Notes: a model not told the origin generated them from the sequence alone. DNA of 64,000 bases from an uncultured bacterium (GCA_963749495.1 CAVVMW010000008.1:160001-224000); one strand, 5' to 3'. Positions 10,771-21,751 are shown, counted from the stretch's first letter. Numbers and translations: made by a program.

Positions 10771-11059
10771 GCAGCAGCTCCCTGAATTCGACCAACCCGT
10801 TGATTGCCAAGGTCCACCAGCTTTTCAGCCGTGACCTGGCTTTGGAGAACGACTATCTCTGTTGGGCGAGTCCCACCTGCGCCGGGCCCTGGGAGCGATT
10901 CAAGAGCATCACAACGCCCATCGGCCGCATCAAGGCATCGGCAATGTCATCCCGTTGAGCTTCGATTACCCTGCCGAGCCGGCGCCGTTGGCTGAGGTGA
11001 AGTGCCAGGAGGCCCTGGGCGGCCTCTTGAATCATCATTCAGTCAAGAAGGCGGCCTGA
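10767..11059 (+). pseudogene. Integrase-core (rve) transposase remnant with large internal deletion
   Basis: N-terminal ...RDLALENDYL is joined at ~10860 to C-terminal GESHLRR...RPHQGIGN...CQEALGGLL. Confidence 0.65.
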
Positions 11060-11559
11060 CGCCTTGGAGCCGAATCGCTTACGCCGGTGGACTGTAGAAT
11101 GGCGAACTGCTGCCTGGTGGCCAACCTCTTCCAGGCACTGGACCAAAGGGGAGAAGCGAGGGCAATCCCCAGGCAAATCTCCCTCCAGATCAACCGCACT
11201 TGCCTGTGCATTCCCCGGCAAGGGTCAACTACCTCCTGCCGGACGGATTTCCGCACGAAGGGGGGCCTGCGCCTGCTGGCCACGCACGCTCCTTTTCAAC
11301 CAGACGACCCGTCCCCGCGCGAACAGGACTATACCGCCGCCGGGCAATTGCGAGCCATGCTGCCGGAGAATTTGGCCGTCCGAGTACCGGCTCCCGCGCC
11401 CTGAACCGTTTCTCGAACCCGCCCGGTTCGTCGCCGCAGGCCGTCATCCTGCAGGGCGCGACAGGAGTGTAGACGAATGCAGGCGTTCCGCCGATTCTCT
11501 GGGTGCCGCAGTTCCTGGTTGTCTACGCCGATTGTCTACATCCGTGGGGCGCTGGGATT

Positions 11560-12015
11560 GCGCTTCGCCCGGCGAACCGGCAGGATGTCCTGGATACGGC
11601 TCGCCTGGCGAAACTCCTCTACCCCGACGCCGACATCAGGCATCAGCCGTTTGAGCAATCCAAGCTGGCTGACGGCTACTTCGATGTTGCCATCGGCAAC
11701 ATCCCCTTCGGCGACTACAAGCCGTTCGACCCCCGATTCAAGGGATGGAACTTCCTCATCCACGATTACTTCTTCGCAGCAGCCCTGGAAAAGGTGCGGT
11801 CAGGCGGGCTCATTATGTTCATTTCGTCCAAGGGGACGCTCGACAAGATCAACGGCGCCCTGCGGGAATATGTCTCGCAGCAGGCCGACCTGATCGGCGC
11901 CATTCGACTGCCGAATGATGCCTTCAAAAAGAACGCCAACACGGAAGTCACCACCAACATCGTCATCCTGCGCAAGCGGCTTCCGGGCGAACTGCCTTCC
12001 GGCCCGGCCTGGATG
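11560..12015 (+). pseudogene. Fragment of an adenine DNA methylase of the large methylase/helicase (ICE) type
   Basis: FDVAIGNIPFG, IHDYFF, GTLDK and IGAIRLPNDAFKKNANTEVT; both ends missing. Confidence 0.75.
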
Positions 12016-12655
12016 TTCCCGCCTTCGGGTCGCGGCACTACCGCGTCGTGGCCGGGCAGTGTCCGCTCAAGGATGGCTGCAAGCGGGACGGCGAGACGCT
12101 CGAAAACCAACTCCTCCGCGTGACCATCGACCCCGCCAACGGGAACATCACCCACCTCGTCCATTTCAGGTGGAAATCAGCGATGTCGTGGATAAACTGC
12201 CGCTCCTGCCCAAGGACGGTGTCCACTTCGGATTCGGGTTCGACATTCCGCAGGCCACGACCCGTGTGGACATCCCCTGGGGCGTGATGGAGGTGGAAAA
12301 AGATCAGTGGGCTGCCGGCAACCGCAACTGGTTGGCCCTGCAGCGCTGGCTTGACATCTCCAATGGCAAGGACGGCCTCACCTGGTGCTCGCTCGACGCT
12401 CCGCTCTTTGAGCTGGTGGCGATTGCCAACGAGCGCGTCTCCGTTTCTATCCTGAAACCCAGCGCCGACGGCAAGGTGGTCATCCTGCGTCTGCGCTCGG
12501 TGTCGGACAGAGAGGACACCGCGAAACTAGCCTGGCCCGCCGGCCGTCCCAAGAGCGTTTGCCTCTGCAAACGAAATGAGGATGCCGGCGAACGAGTCGG
12601 AGATGAAATCGCGATTCCAGCCAATAGATTTGTGACCCTGAGATTGGGGTTTTGA
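12015..12655 (+). pseudogene. Deleted fragments of a GH38 alpha-mannosidase-like C-terminus
   Basis: LENQLLRVTIDPANGNI; KDGVHFGFGF...DIPWGVMEVEKDQ...NRNWLALQRWLDISN; LKPSADGKVVILRLRS. Confidence 0.55.
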
Positions 12656-12706
12656 AAATCCCCATTCTTGACCGCGTCCATCAGATGCAGTATCCCAACC
12701 CTCACT

Positions 12707-13456
12707 ATGAAAGCATCCCTCCGGTTTGGCGCTCCTGCAATGATTGTGCTGGTTTTCTCGCGGAGTCTCTCCGCGCAGCCGGCCGCGGACGGGTTCATTC
12801 CGATTTTTGACGGCAAGACGCTCAAGGGCTGGCACGCCAGCGCCCAGACCGGCCACAGCCGGGCCAGCCAGCACCAGTCCGGCGGCCGCTGGTTCGTCCA
12901 GGACGGCGCGATTGTGGGCAGCCAGGACATCCCCGGCAATGGCGGCATCCTGATTACCGACGAGCCCTTCGGCGACTACGAAATCGTGCTCGAGATGAAC
13001 AACGATTTCGGCCCTGACAGCGGCCTGTTCCTCCGCAGCACCGAGGACGGCACGGCCTACCAGGCGATGATTGACTATCATCCGAACGGCAACCTGATGG
13101 GCATCTACGGCGAAGGCCGGCTCGGCGGCAAGCCCGCCGTGCTCAACTTCACCTTCACCAACAAAGTCACGGTCATCATCCAGCGGACCAATTCGCCGGT
13201 GGCGCTGCCGGTGCTGGTCGAGTCGTGGCCCTTTTTCTGGCGCCACGGCCAGTGGAACGAGTTGCGCGCCCGCATCGTGAACAATCCGCCCACGATTACC
13301 ACTTGGGTCAACGGCGTGAAGTTCATGGAATGGACCGAGACCCAGAAGCGCCACCCGGACACCGGCGGCATCGCCTTGCAGGTCCACGGTGGAGGCGATT
13401 ACACTAAACAATTCGTCCGCTACCGGAACATCCGGCTCAAGAAACTGGACAAGTGA
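12707..13456 (+). CDS. DUF1080 (3-keto-disaccharide hydrolase family) secreted protein
   Basis: FIPIFDGKTLKGW, DSGLFLR, GQWN and GGIALQVHGG...VRYRNIRLK. Confidence 0.88.
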   Translation: MKASLRFGAPAMIVLVFSRSLSAQPAADGFIPIFDGKTLKGWHASAQTGHSRASQHQSGGRWFVQDGAIVGSQDIPGNGGILITDEPFGDYEIVLEMNNDFGPDSGLFLRSTEDGTAYQAMIDYHPNGNLMGIYGEGRLGGKPAVLNFTFTNKVTVIIQRTNSPVALPVLVESWPFFWRHGQWNELRARIVNNPPTITTWVNGVKFMEWTETQKRHPDTGGIALQVHGGGDYTKQFVRYRNIRLKKLDK

Positions 13457-13541
13457 TCCGGAGGACAAGCTCCAGCACGTTTGACAAGCGGTAGGGTGGA
13501 GGCTTCTTGGCGCCAGGTTACAATGGACCCTTAGATCGGCC

Positions 13542-14195
13542 ATGATCACTAAACATCGAATCCTTCTCGCAGTCACGGTCCTGTGTGTTTTGACACCAAT
13601 GGAGATTACGTCCGGCGCCAACGGCCCTGCACTCACGGTGCTCTGGCAAATCGGCAAAGCGGACACCAATACAGTCGGGTTCGCCCTTGCGCCCGATAAT
13701 TACAGCGCCTACGAACGAGAACGCCGTCTTTGTGGTGGGGCTTCGGAGCCGCCCGCGAGTGGCCTTACGTTCATCCGGGGCCAGAGGACGCCTGGGCCGG
13801 TTCGATGCCCCACACCTTCCAGGTGGCCTTTGCCCTCAAGGCCGCCCCACCAGCAGGCGAAGCGCACGTCATGATTGGCTTCGTGGACACCCATTTCCAG
13901 AAGCCCCCGCGCCTGCGCCTGCAAATCAACGGCCGGAGCTTCGAGCAATTGCTGCCCCCAGGCCGGGGCAACGATTCCATTGAAGGGCGGCTGGCCAACC
14001 CAAAGCCATTTCTCTGGGACGTGACCTTCCCCGCCGCCTTGCTCAGGACCGGGGACAACGAACTGAGCATCACGAGCCTCTCGGGAAGCTGGGCGCTTTA
14101 CGACTACCTCGAGCTGGCAACTCCACCCGGCGTCGAATTGGGAACGGTGTCGCCGAGCCTGGCCAAGCGCCTTGCTGCCGACACAGCCGTGCCCA
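13542..14195 (+). pseudogene. Secreted protein with polysaccharide lyase 4 domain III-like module; frameshift at ~13713 and 3' truncation
   Basis: LWQIGKAD...[45 protein letters not shown]. Confidence 0.6.
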
Positions 14196-15138
14196 GCAGG
14201 TTGGTCGAGCCCCCGAAGGCGGCGTGAACGGCCATGGCATTCCGAATGCTGGCCGGGCTGAGGATCTCGCGCACGGCGATGCCGCGTGAGGCAAGGTGAT
14301 GGAGCGCGCGCGCGGAGTGCCGGGCCAGGTCGAGCCACACCGGCTGCGCGGAAGGGGCCAGGGCCGAATGCGGCAGGCAAAGGCCCAGGGCCTCGCCGAC
14401 CACCTGGGTGGTGGCGGCCGTGCCCAGGAACTGGCAGCCGCCCCCGGGTGTCGCGCAGGCGCGGCAGCCCACCTCCGCCGCCGCCTCCAGCGTGATCAGC
14501 CCGTGCGCAAAGCGCGTCCCCAGCGTCTGCACCGTCCCGGCATCCTCGCCCTGGGATGGCGGCAGCGTGACCCCGCCCGGAACCACCAGCCCGGGCAGGT
14601 CCCGCAACCCGGCAATTGCCATGAGCATCGCCGGCAGGCCCTTATCGCACGTCGCCACACCGAGCACCCCGGCCCGCAACGGCAGCGACCGGGCCAGGCG
14701 CCGGAACACAATCGCCGCGTCGTTGCGGTAAGGCAGGCTGTCGAACATCCCCGCCGTGCCCTGTGTGCGCCCGTCGCACGGGTCCGAGCAAAACCCAGCA
14801 AAGGGGATGGCCCCGAGCCGGCGAAACTCCTCCGCAGCCGCCTGGACCAGCAGGCCGATCTCCCAGTGGCCCGTGTGGTAACCCAGGGCAATGGGTTTGC
14901 CGTCCGGCGCGCGCAACCCGCCCTGCGTGCTCAGCACCAGGAATTGCTCCCCCCCCGCCTCGCTCGCAGCCCAGCCCATCCCCGCATTCTGCACCAGGCC
15001 GAAAATGTCCCCGCTCGGGCTGTGCCGGAGCATCTCTTCTGTGAGCGGGAGCTTGCCCTCAGGCCCAGGCGCGTGGGTCTGGATTTCGTATATGTCCGGC
15101 GCCGGAGAATCGAGCGCCTCATCACCGAAACTGCTCAT
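14195..15138 (-). pseudogene. yjhG: YjhG/YagF-type D-xylonate dehydratase (IlvD/Edd family), N-terminal half only
   Basis: [40 protein letters not shown]; breaks off after [11 protein letters not shown]. Confidence 0.85.
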
Positions 15139-15345
15139 GGCGCACGATCCGACTGGCAATCACCCGAAGTCAAGCCCAAGCGATCTAGACCTTCCCGCCT
15201 TGCGGCGCTGGTCCGAGACATGGTCCTGGTTCCACTCCCGCATTGCGCTTTTGTCTCACTTGCCCAATAACTGCCCGCCTTTGGCCAAGGTTTGTTCTGT
15301 GGTTCGGCCTTGACTGGAAGCGGCGGATGCGCGCATATTGCATGC

Positions 15346-15573
15346 ATGAGCAGGAATGTGAACTTGGACGACGAGGCGATAGCGGCCCTGGAGGCGCATC
15401 GCCGGGGCAACGAGTCTTTCAGCCGGGTCGTAAAGCGCCTGGCCCCGCCTCCGATTAAGACGTTCGGCAACCTGGAGAAGTTCCTGGACCAACTCGATGG
15501 TCCGCTGTTTTCAGAACTGGAAACGCTGAAGCGGCTGCGAAAGCGCCGGGCTGAGGGCCAAAATGCTCACTGA
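15346..15573 (+). CDS. VapB-type antitoxin
   Basis: NVNLDDEA...RGNESFSRVVKRL; overlaps the PIN gene. Confidence 0.75.
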   Translation: MSRNVNLDDEAIAALEAHRRGNESFSRVVKRLAPPPIKTFGNLEKFLDQLDGPLFSELETLKRLRKRRAEGQNAH

Positions 15574-15940
15574 CACGACCTTTTGGGTCGATCTGGCCCA
15601 AGAGCGGGTTGACCGCGAAGGGGGTCCGGCGCATCAATTCCTCGCACGCCACAGGACTCAGAGCCTGGAGGTGTCGATCATCACCTGGGGTGAACTTGCG
15701 GCAGGCGTCAACGCACCAGAGGAGTTGGATCGATTGCTGCGGCGCGTGCGCGTTCTGATGCTGCACCGCCAGGTGGCGTGGGAAGCGGGCCGGATCGAAA
15801 GGGAGTTGGCCCAAGCGGGTTCGCGCCTGGGCGAAAACGATAATTGGATCGCTGCGACCGCCCGCGCTTGGGGACTCCGGTTGGTGAGCCGCGACGCAGC
15901 CTTCACCCGGCTCCATGGTCTCAGTGTCGTCCCTTACTAA
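15563..15940 (+). CDS. vapC: PIN-domain toxin VapC
   Basis: LTDTTFWVDL, GEL, ENDNWIAATA and LVSRD. Confidence 0.9.
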   Translation: MLTDTTFWVDLAQERVDREGGPAHQFLARHRTQSLEVSIITWGELAAGVNAPEELDRLLRRVRVLMLHRQVAWEAGRIERELAQAGSRLGENDNWIAATARAWGLRLVSRDAAFTRLHGLSVVPY

Positions 15941-16057
15941 CATGCGACGCCGGGACGGCAAATGTCCGGAGCCGGCACCCAAGCCACTTTGCGGCCAATC
16001 CAGCCGTGCCGCGGGTCACAAGGCGGTTCTGGTTGAGAATACCGATCGGCTGCCTGC

Positions 16058-16370
16058 TTCGACAATGTTGGATTTCCTCGGAGCCAGGGGGAATGCCGTA
16101 GGGGGTGTCCCGGAGGGACAATTGAGAATAGCCCGGCGTTTCAACGCCGGGGGACCGAGAAAGAGAGAATTTTCGTCCCGAAGGGACGACTGAAAAGAGC
16201 CCTGGTTTTCAGCCGTCCCTTCGGGACGGACTGGCGCTATTGGGGCGCACACCCGGCGTTGAAACGCCGGGCTATTCTCGCATGTCCCTTCGGGACAGGG
16301 GCCAAGCCCGCTCCGGCGATCTGCCGAGTTCACCCATTTCGGGTTTCTAAGGAAATCTAACATTGTCGAA
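16058..16370. mobile_element. MITE-like element: ~21-bp terminal inverted repeats enclosing a REP palindrome
   Basis: TTCGACAATGTTGGATTTCCT (16058-16078) versus AGGAAATCTAACATTGTCGAA (16350-16370), one mismatch. Confidence 0.65.
16106..16297. repeat. REP-like palindromic element, family A
   Basis: GTCCCGGAGGGAC..GAGAATAGCCCGGCGTTTCAACGCCGGG and its inverted copy. Confidence 0.85.
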
Positions 16371-16601
16371 CTACAAAGGTCGGACGGGCGGCAGTTGCCC
16401 CTGATCAGGCCGCGAAAATCCCGGGTCGGTGATGTGAATTGAATCGAAAAAACCCTCGGGCCAGGCCTTCGGTTTCAAAGGCTCTAACACAATCGCCTCG
16501 CCGTCGTGGCGAACACCAACCGTGGTCGTGGGGATGTGAAAGCCTTTGGGCAGGCGTACGACCTGACATTCGCCTTCGTGGGTGACGGTTGCTGTTTCCA
16601 T
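16371..16601 (-). CDS. AbrB/VapB-like antitoxin, orphan
   Basis: METATVTHEGECQVVRLPKGF...GEAIVLEP...WPEGFF. Confidence 0.75.
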   Translation of the reverse strand: METATVTHEGECQVVRLPKGFHIPTTTVGVRHDGEAIVLEPLKPKAWPEGFFDSIHITDPGFSRPDQGQLPPVRPL

Positions 16602-17300
16602 AGCCGTGTACGTTCAATGTTTCTCTTACAGCACTAATCTACCACGTTTCACGCCTCCGCGTAAATCCCGTTTCCATGTCCCCTGAATGGAGCGGCTTGA
16701 AACCAGCGGCAGGCTGGAAACGGCCTGCCCTCCTTTTTCACCCTATGAAGACTCGCACCAAGCAACCCGGCCCCGCACCTTGCATTTTCGCGACGGGCGC
16801 AACCAGCAGTGGCCCGCCCAGCTCGCATACGCGATCTGGCTTGCCGTACCCGCCGCGGCGCTCCGGACCGCAGGGGACCGCCGGCCTGTCCAGCCGTTGC
16901 GTTTCCAAGCCGCCCCAAAATAGCCAGCGACCAAAGGGGCTTTGCCCGTCTGGCCTCCCCGCCGTCGTCGTCGCTACGCTCGGCTTTCACCCTTCGCGCC
17001 CTTTCCGGCGGGCGGAAAGGAGAGTCAATGTGAAACCGGCATGGTGGTTGGCAGCTACGCACCTGCTGAGCGGCCTCCCAGCCCCGGGCTGGGCCGCCCG
17101 AAGGCCAGTTGCGCTCCGCCTCGAGGTGAAAAGTTATAGTTTGACCCCTCACAACTCGACGCGCGCATAGAGCCGCAACGCGAGTTTTCCGCCGGCGCCG
17201 GGCCGGTGCAGTGGCAGGATACGCTTCCCGGTCGAAGCCTGACCATCTACAGCACTTACAAGCTGGAACACGAGATGCCGGGTGTGATTGCCGAGTAAGA

Positions 17301-17570
17301 ATGATCAACGCGTGCATGCAAACACCCCTCTTTCTCACAATCAGCGTCTGCGCTTTGGCCTTTGCCGCCAGGGGTGGAGAATCCCCCGCCAACGTTCCCG
17401 TACCCACGCCGGCCCTTCCGGTCCGAGTCAATTATGCGCGGCCCTTCGAGCCGGCAACACGTCCGGCGTTCCTGCCGCTGCCTCCTGGGGCAGTCGAACC
17501 CGCCGGCTGGTTGCGCGACTGGTGCCTGGCTGCGCGGGACGGCTTCACCGGCCACATGGATGAGTATGAT
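17301..17570 (+). pseudogene. N-terminal fragment of a secreted GH127-like glycoside hydrolase
   Basis: Signal peptide, then AFLPLPPGAVEPAGWLRDW...GFTGHMDEYD, then truncation. Confidence 0.55.
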
Positions 17571-18090
17571 GGTACTTCTTGTCGGTCACGTCCAGGCAGG
17601 CTCCATTGAGAATCCTGCGTGTGTAATCGTCACTGCAACACGCCAGCGCCTCTTTGAGCGCCTGGCCAAAGTCCGGCTCCAGTTGTACACCGGGTTGCCT
17701 GACGCGAGGAGTGGGAGGATAATCGTCGGCAGGAATGGTCGTGATGGTTTGCTCGACTAGGTTGCCGGCGATGTTCTACCGCAGCTTCACCTTCTCTTTG
17801 GACTCCGGGACGATGCCGATGTCCTCTTTGGGCGAGGAGCACTTCATGGCCTTGGTGAGCTGATCCACAGGGGCCAGCACCTCCTCAGCCGGGCCCTGTT
17901 GCGTTCCCTTGGCGGTGTAGGTGACGAAAGAATCCAGGTCGGTGGCGTGGAGTGTGACGACACCTTCCTTGTTGCGGTTGATGCGAACGGTTTGGAGCAC
18001 GGGCAATGTTCTGGACTTGCCGATGATCTTGGTGAGGCCCGGCAGAGCTTCTTTCAGCTCCGACGCGGCCAATGTGATTTCAGACTTCAT
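17570..18090 (-). pseudogene. DNA polymerase III beta-clamp-like gene with internal TAG (17776-17778) and 3' truncation
   Basis: KIIGKSRTLPVLQTV...LHATDLD; the frame continues past the TAG as NIAGN...DDYPP...CCSDDYTRRILNGACLD. Confidence 0.7.
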
Positions 18091-18273
18091 GTATGCTTGT
18101 CCTTTCTGTTGGGGTTGAGGTTTGAAAATGAAAGGCCAGCCACACCTCCGAGGCATGGCTGGCTGATGTGCAAAGCGTGATCGTATGACCCATATGGCAA
18201 AACTGAATTCGGCCGACCCGCTCTTGGCAAGACCCACTTTTCGTGCATTGTAATGCCTCAGTGAGGGCGGGAG

Positions 18274-18350
18274 TTTCAACCACGGATAGACACGGATGAA
18301 CACAGATAAGGCCCAAATCCGTGTTTATCCGTGTCCATCCGTGGTTAAAA
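18274..18350. repeat. Palindrome built from 10-mer units (CACGGATnnA / TnnATCCGTG)
   Basis: AACCACGGATAGACACGGATGAACACAGAT...ATCCGTGTTTATCCGTGTCCATCCGTGGTT. Confidence 0.8.
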
Positions 18351-18711
18351 ACTCCAAGCCCCGCCATCACTGACCCATTACCGTGCATCTTCGCTCATCG
18401 TCAAAAACAGGGGGTTCTTCAGCGGAATCCATGCTATGGCTGCCCCCTTTTTCTTTTTGGAGGACATCCCTCATCTGGCCGGCTCAACCAAGAACGTGCC
18501 GCGCATGGCGCTTTCAGCGCTCCAGTTCACCCCGGAAAGCCCCGCATACTCCGAACAGTCCGCGCTGTCCTTGGACAGGAGGGCTCCAAGCGGCGCAAAG
18601 TGCCACCCATGAGAAACTCTCGTAATGGCGCCTCTCGCCGATTCGGCCATGGAATGCGCCCCTGGCCCGCAATCAAGAGCGCCTCTGCCCACACCCCCGC
18701 CGCGCCGCCCA

Positions 18712-19062
18712 ATGAGCCGCAACGGTAAAATCGCCCATCTCCCCCGCGCCATTCGCGACCAGCTCAACCAGCGGCTCGACGATGGCCAGGAAGCCATTCA
18801 GGCCCTCCAACTGGCCCGCCGCCGCGCCGACCGCATCGAAGCGGAAGCCGGCCGCCGCGCCCGCGTCGTTGACGTTGCCCGCCAGGACACCCTCGCCCGG
18901 CTTCATGCCTCTGGCGACCCCTCCCTCCGAGCCCTGGCCGCCGAATTCTCAAAATGCCTGGGCGCCGAGGACGGCGCGCTACAGACCACGAGCAGCCCGC
19001 TGGGGCCATCGGCCCCGCACTGCCCACCAGGTCCCCCATTAAAGCCAATAAAAGCCAGATAA
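18712..19062 (+). pseudogene. DUF3486-like hypothetical protein, probably internally deleted
   Basis: N-terminus MSRNGKIAHLPRAIRDQLNQRLDDG. Confidence 0.4.
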
Positions 19063-19138
19063 ACCTTGTCTCACCTCATTTCATTCTCATCGACCGCCGG
19101 GCGGGTTCATGATAAAACGCCCGGGCGGTGCCGCACTT

Positions 19139-20440
19139 ATGACAGAACAACGCTGGCTGCGAATCATTCCGGTCGCGCTGATCATGTACACGATCTGGTA
19201 CGTGGATCGCACCAACGTCTCCCTGGCGCTGGACCCCTCGATGTCGAGCATGATGAAGGACCTGCTCATGAACGACGAGATGAAGGGGCAGGCGGCGGGC
19301 ATTTTCTTTCTCGGTTACGTGCTCTTGCAGATACCGGGCGGGCACTGGGCCGCCCGCTGGAGCGCGCGCAAGGTGGTCAGCCTGTTCCTGATCTGCTGGG
19401 GCCTGTGCGCGGTGGGCTGCGGGATGTCCCGCACGTTCCGGCAGTTCGAGGTCATGCGTTTCCTGCTCGGGGTGGCGGAGAGCGGGGTGTTTCCGGCCAC
19501 GCTGGTCCTGCTGGCCAACTGGTTTCCGCGCCAGGAGCGCGCCCGGGCCAACGCCTATTGGAACCTCTGCCAGCCGCTGGCCGTGGCCGGGTCCGCGCCG
19601 CTGACCAGTTGGCTGCTCAAAGACCTGGGCTGGCACAACATGCTCATCCTCGAGGGGGCGCTGCCCTTTGTCTGGCTGCCCTTGTGGTGGTTCTGCATCC
19701 GCGACCATCCGCGCGAGGCCGAGTGGCTGCCCTGCGAGGAACGCGACTACCTGGAACGTACCTTGCAGCAAGAGAGGGCCGGATTGGAGCCGCTCAAACC
19801 GGTCCCCTTCCTGGCGCGCTTTCGCGAGCCTTCGATCTTCATCATGGTCATCATCTATTTTCTGCACAACTGCGCGGCCTACGGGTGCATGACCTTCTTT
19901 ACCGATGTGTTGAAGGGCCAGGGCTTTACCAAGCTGCAACGCGGCGTCCTGTTCGCTATCCCCTATGCCGTGACCGCCCTCATCATGGTCCTCAACTCCT
20001 GGCACTCGGACAAGACGCGCGAACGCCGCGCACACGTCGCCGCGGTCTATACCCTGAGCGGGACCTGCCTCATCCTGAGCGTGCTTTGCCGGCAGCACTT
20101 CTGGCTCTCCTATGCGTTGATGTGCCTGGCCATCCCGGGGCCCTTCGCGGCCATGGCGCCGTTTTGGGCAATCCCCAGCGAGACCCTGCCCCGCCCCGTG
20201 ATGGCCCTGGTCATCGGCATGGTCAACGCCTTCGGCAACCTCGGCGGCTATGCCGGCAACGGCATCGTGGGCTGGCTCACCCACAGGTATCACAGCACCG
20301 CCGTCCCGTTCACGGTGCTGGGCGCCGGGATGGTGGTGGCGGCCGGCCTGGCATTCCTCTTGCCCAAGGCCGCCCGGCAGGCGCAGCCCGACGGGGCTCC
20401 GGCGGCCACCTCGGAGGCAAGACAGACCCGATACTCATGA
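19139..20440 (+). CDS. MFS transporter (ACS family, sugar-acid)
   Basis: YVDRTNVS, RFLLGVAESGVFP, NWFPRQERARAN; about 12 TM segments. Confidence 0.92.
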   Translation: MTEQRWLRIIPVALIMYTIWYVDRTNVSLALDPSMSSMMKDLLMNDEMKGQAAGIFFLGYVLLQIPGGHWAARWSARKVVSLFLICWGLCAVGCGMSRTFRQFEVMRFLLGVAESGVFPATLVLLANWFPRQERARANAYWNLCQPLAVAGSAPLTSWLLKDLGWHNMLILEGALPFVWLPLWWFCIRDHPREAEWLPCEERDYLERTLQQERAGLEPLKPVPFLARFREPSIFIMVIIYFLHNCAAYGCMTFFTDVLKGQGFTKLQRGVLFAIPYAVTALIMVLNSWHSDKTRERRAHVAAVYTLSGTCLILSVLCRQHFWLSYALMCLAIPGPFAAMAPFWAIPSETLPRPVMALVIGMVNAFGNLGGYAGNGIVGWLTHRYHSTAVPFTVLGAGMVVAAGLAFLLPKAARQAQPDGAPAATSEARQTRYS

Positions 20441-21306
20441 ACCTCTGCCGCTTCACCCTCGTCCCTCCTGCCCCGCCCCTCGTCCCTCGCATCGGCCTGG
20501 TGCTGGACGACTCGACGTTGGTGGACCTCACGCCGGCGGGCATCCACTCGATGCAACCCCTGCTGGAGAGTGAAGACCCCGTCGCGCAACTGGGCCAAAT
20601 GGCGTCGACGGGACTGCCGCGGCTCGAATTGGGCGCAGTGCGCCTCTGCGCCCCGGTCGAGCGCCAGGAGGTCTGGGCGGCGGGTGTCACTTACCTGCGC
20701 AGCAAGGCGGCGCGCATGGAGGAGTCGGACTTTGGCGCCACGGCCTATGACCGGGTCTATGCCGCCGAGCGGCCGGAGCTCTTTTTCAAGTCGCTGCCCG
20801 AAAAGGTGGCGGCGGCGGGCGAACCCGTCGGCATTCGCGGCAACGCCCGGTGGAATGTCCCGGAGCCGGAACTGGCGCTGGTCCTCAACTCGCGCGGCCG
20901 CATCGTCGGCTGCACGATCGGCAACGACATGAGCGCGCGCGATATCGAGGGCGAGAACCTCTTGTATCTGCCGCAGGCCAAGATTTATGAGCACTCCTGC
21001 GCGCTGGGTCCCTGGATTCGGCTGGGCGCCTCCGAAGCCGAGGCGCGCCAATGGACCATCGGCCTGACCATCCACCGCCAGGGCAGAACCGTCTTCGCCG
21101 CCCGGACCTCGGCCGGCCAAATCAAGCGCCGCTTCGACAAGTTGGCCCGGTTCCTCTTCCGCTGCCAATCCTTCCCCGGGGGCGCCGTCCTGCTCACCGG
21201 CACCGGCATCGTCCCGCCCGATGCCTTCACCCTCCAGCCCCAGGACATCGTCGAAATCGAAATCTCCGGCATCGGCCGCCTGCGCAACCCGGTGGTGGTG
21301 GTGTGA
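20437..21306 (+). CDS. Fumarylacetoacetate hydrolase family, 2-keto-3-deoxy-pentonate dehydratase-like
   Basis: QEVWAAGVTY, RPELFFK, VPEPEL, GNDMSARDIEGENLLYLPQAK and TGTGIVP; ATGA overlap. Confidence 0.88.
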   Translation: MNLCRFTLVPPAPPLVPRIGLVLDDSTLVDLTPAGIHSMQPLLESEDPVAQLGQMASTGLPRLELGAVRLCAPVERQEVWAAGVTYLRSKAARMEESDFGATAYDRVYAAERPELFFKSLPEKVAAAGEPVGIRGNARWNVPEPELALVLNSRGRIVGCTIGNDMSARDIEGENLLYLPQAKIYEHSCALGPWIRLGASEAEARQWTIGLTIHRQGRTVFAARTSAGQIKRRFDKLARFLFRCQSFPGGAVLLTGTGIVPPDAFTLQPQDIVEIEISGIGRLRNPVVVV

Positions 21307-21421
21307 GGCCAGACCAAGTTTGTAGCTGAAACGACTCGTCTTGGTGCTAGATTCCTATTGACAACTGTGTCGGGAAATGAGAAATCGCGCCGCGAGAATC
21401 GCAAGTCCGAAAGCAAGACGT

Positions 21422-21751
21422 ATGGCCGCCGCAATCGTCAGCATCCGAGGCAAACTCACCTGGACCTGGAGTCGGACAAGCCGGGGAAGCTACGTCGCTG
21501 TGTGTGAGCCCATCCGGCAGACCGTGCAGGCGGAGGAATTCGGCGAACTGGTGGAGAGCATTAATGAGGCCTTGGGCAGCACATTCAAAGAACTTCTCTC
21601 GACCGGAGATCTTGAGAGGTTCCTTGAAGAACAGGGTTGGTCCTGCGTTTCCCTTCCGCCTCCAAAAGTGAGGAAGCAGATCCGTTTTGACATGCCTTTC
21701 GATTTGAAAGGAGTTCGGAGACGTGATTTCGAAAAGGCGCTTTGTCAATAA
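21422..21751 (+). CDS. HicB-like protein (putative antitoxin)
   Basis: YVAVCEP..TVQAEEFGELVESINEAL resembles the HicB N-terminal fold; paralog at 42043. Confidence 0.6.
   Translation: MAAAIVSIRGKLTWTWSRTSRGSYVAVCEPIRQTVQAEEFGELVESINEALGSTFKELLSTGDLERFLEEQGWSCVSLPPPKVRKQIRFDMPFDLKGVRRRDFEKALCQ

Noticed and set aside
17776..17778. In-frame TAG as pyrrolysine or readthrough
   Set aside because: The gene is also 3'-truncated, and a single TAC-to-TAG change explains the stop.
19066..20436. 746-aa ORF as an MFS-FAH fusion
   Set aside because: The N-terminal part is a shadow frame of the MFS gene; the FAH gene starts at 20437.
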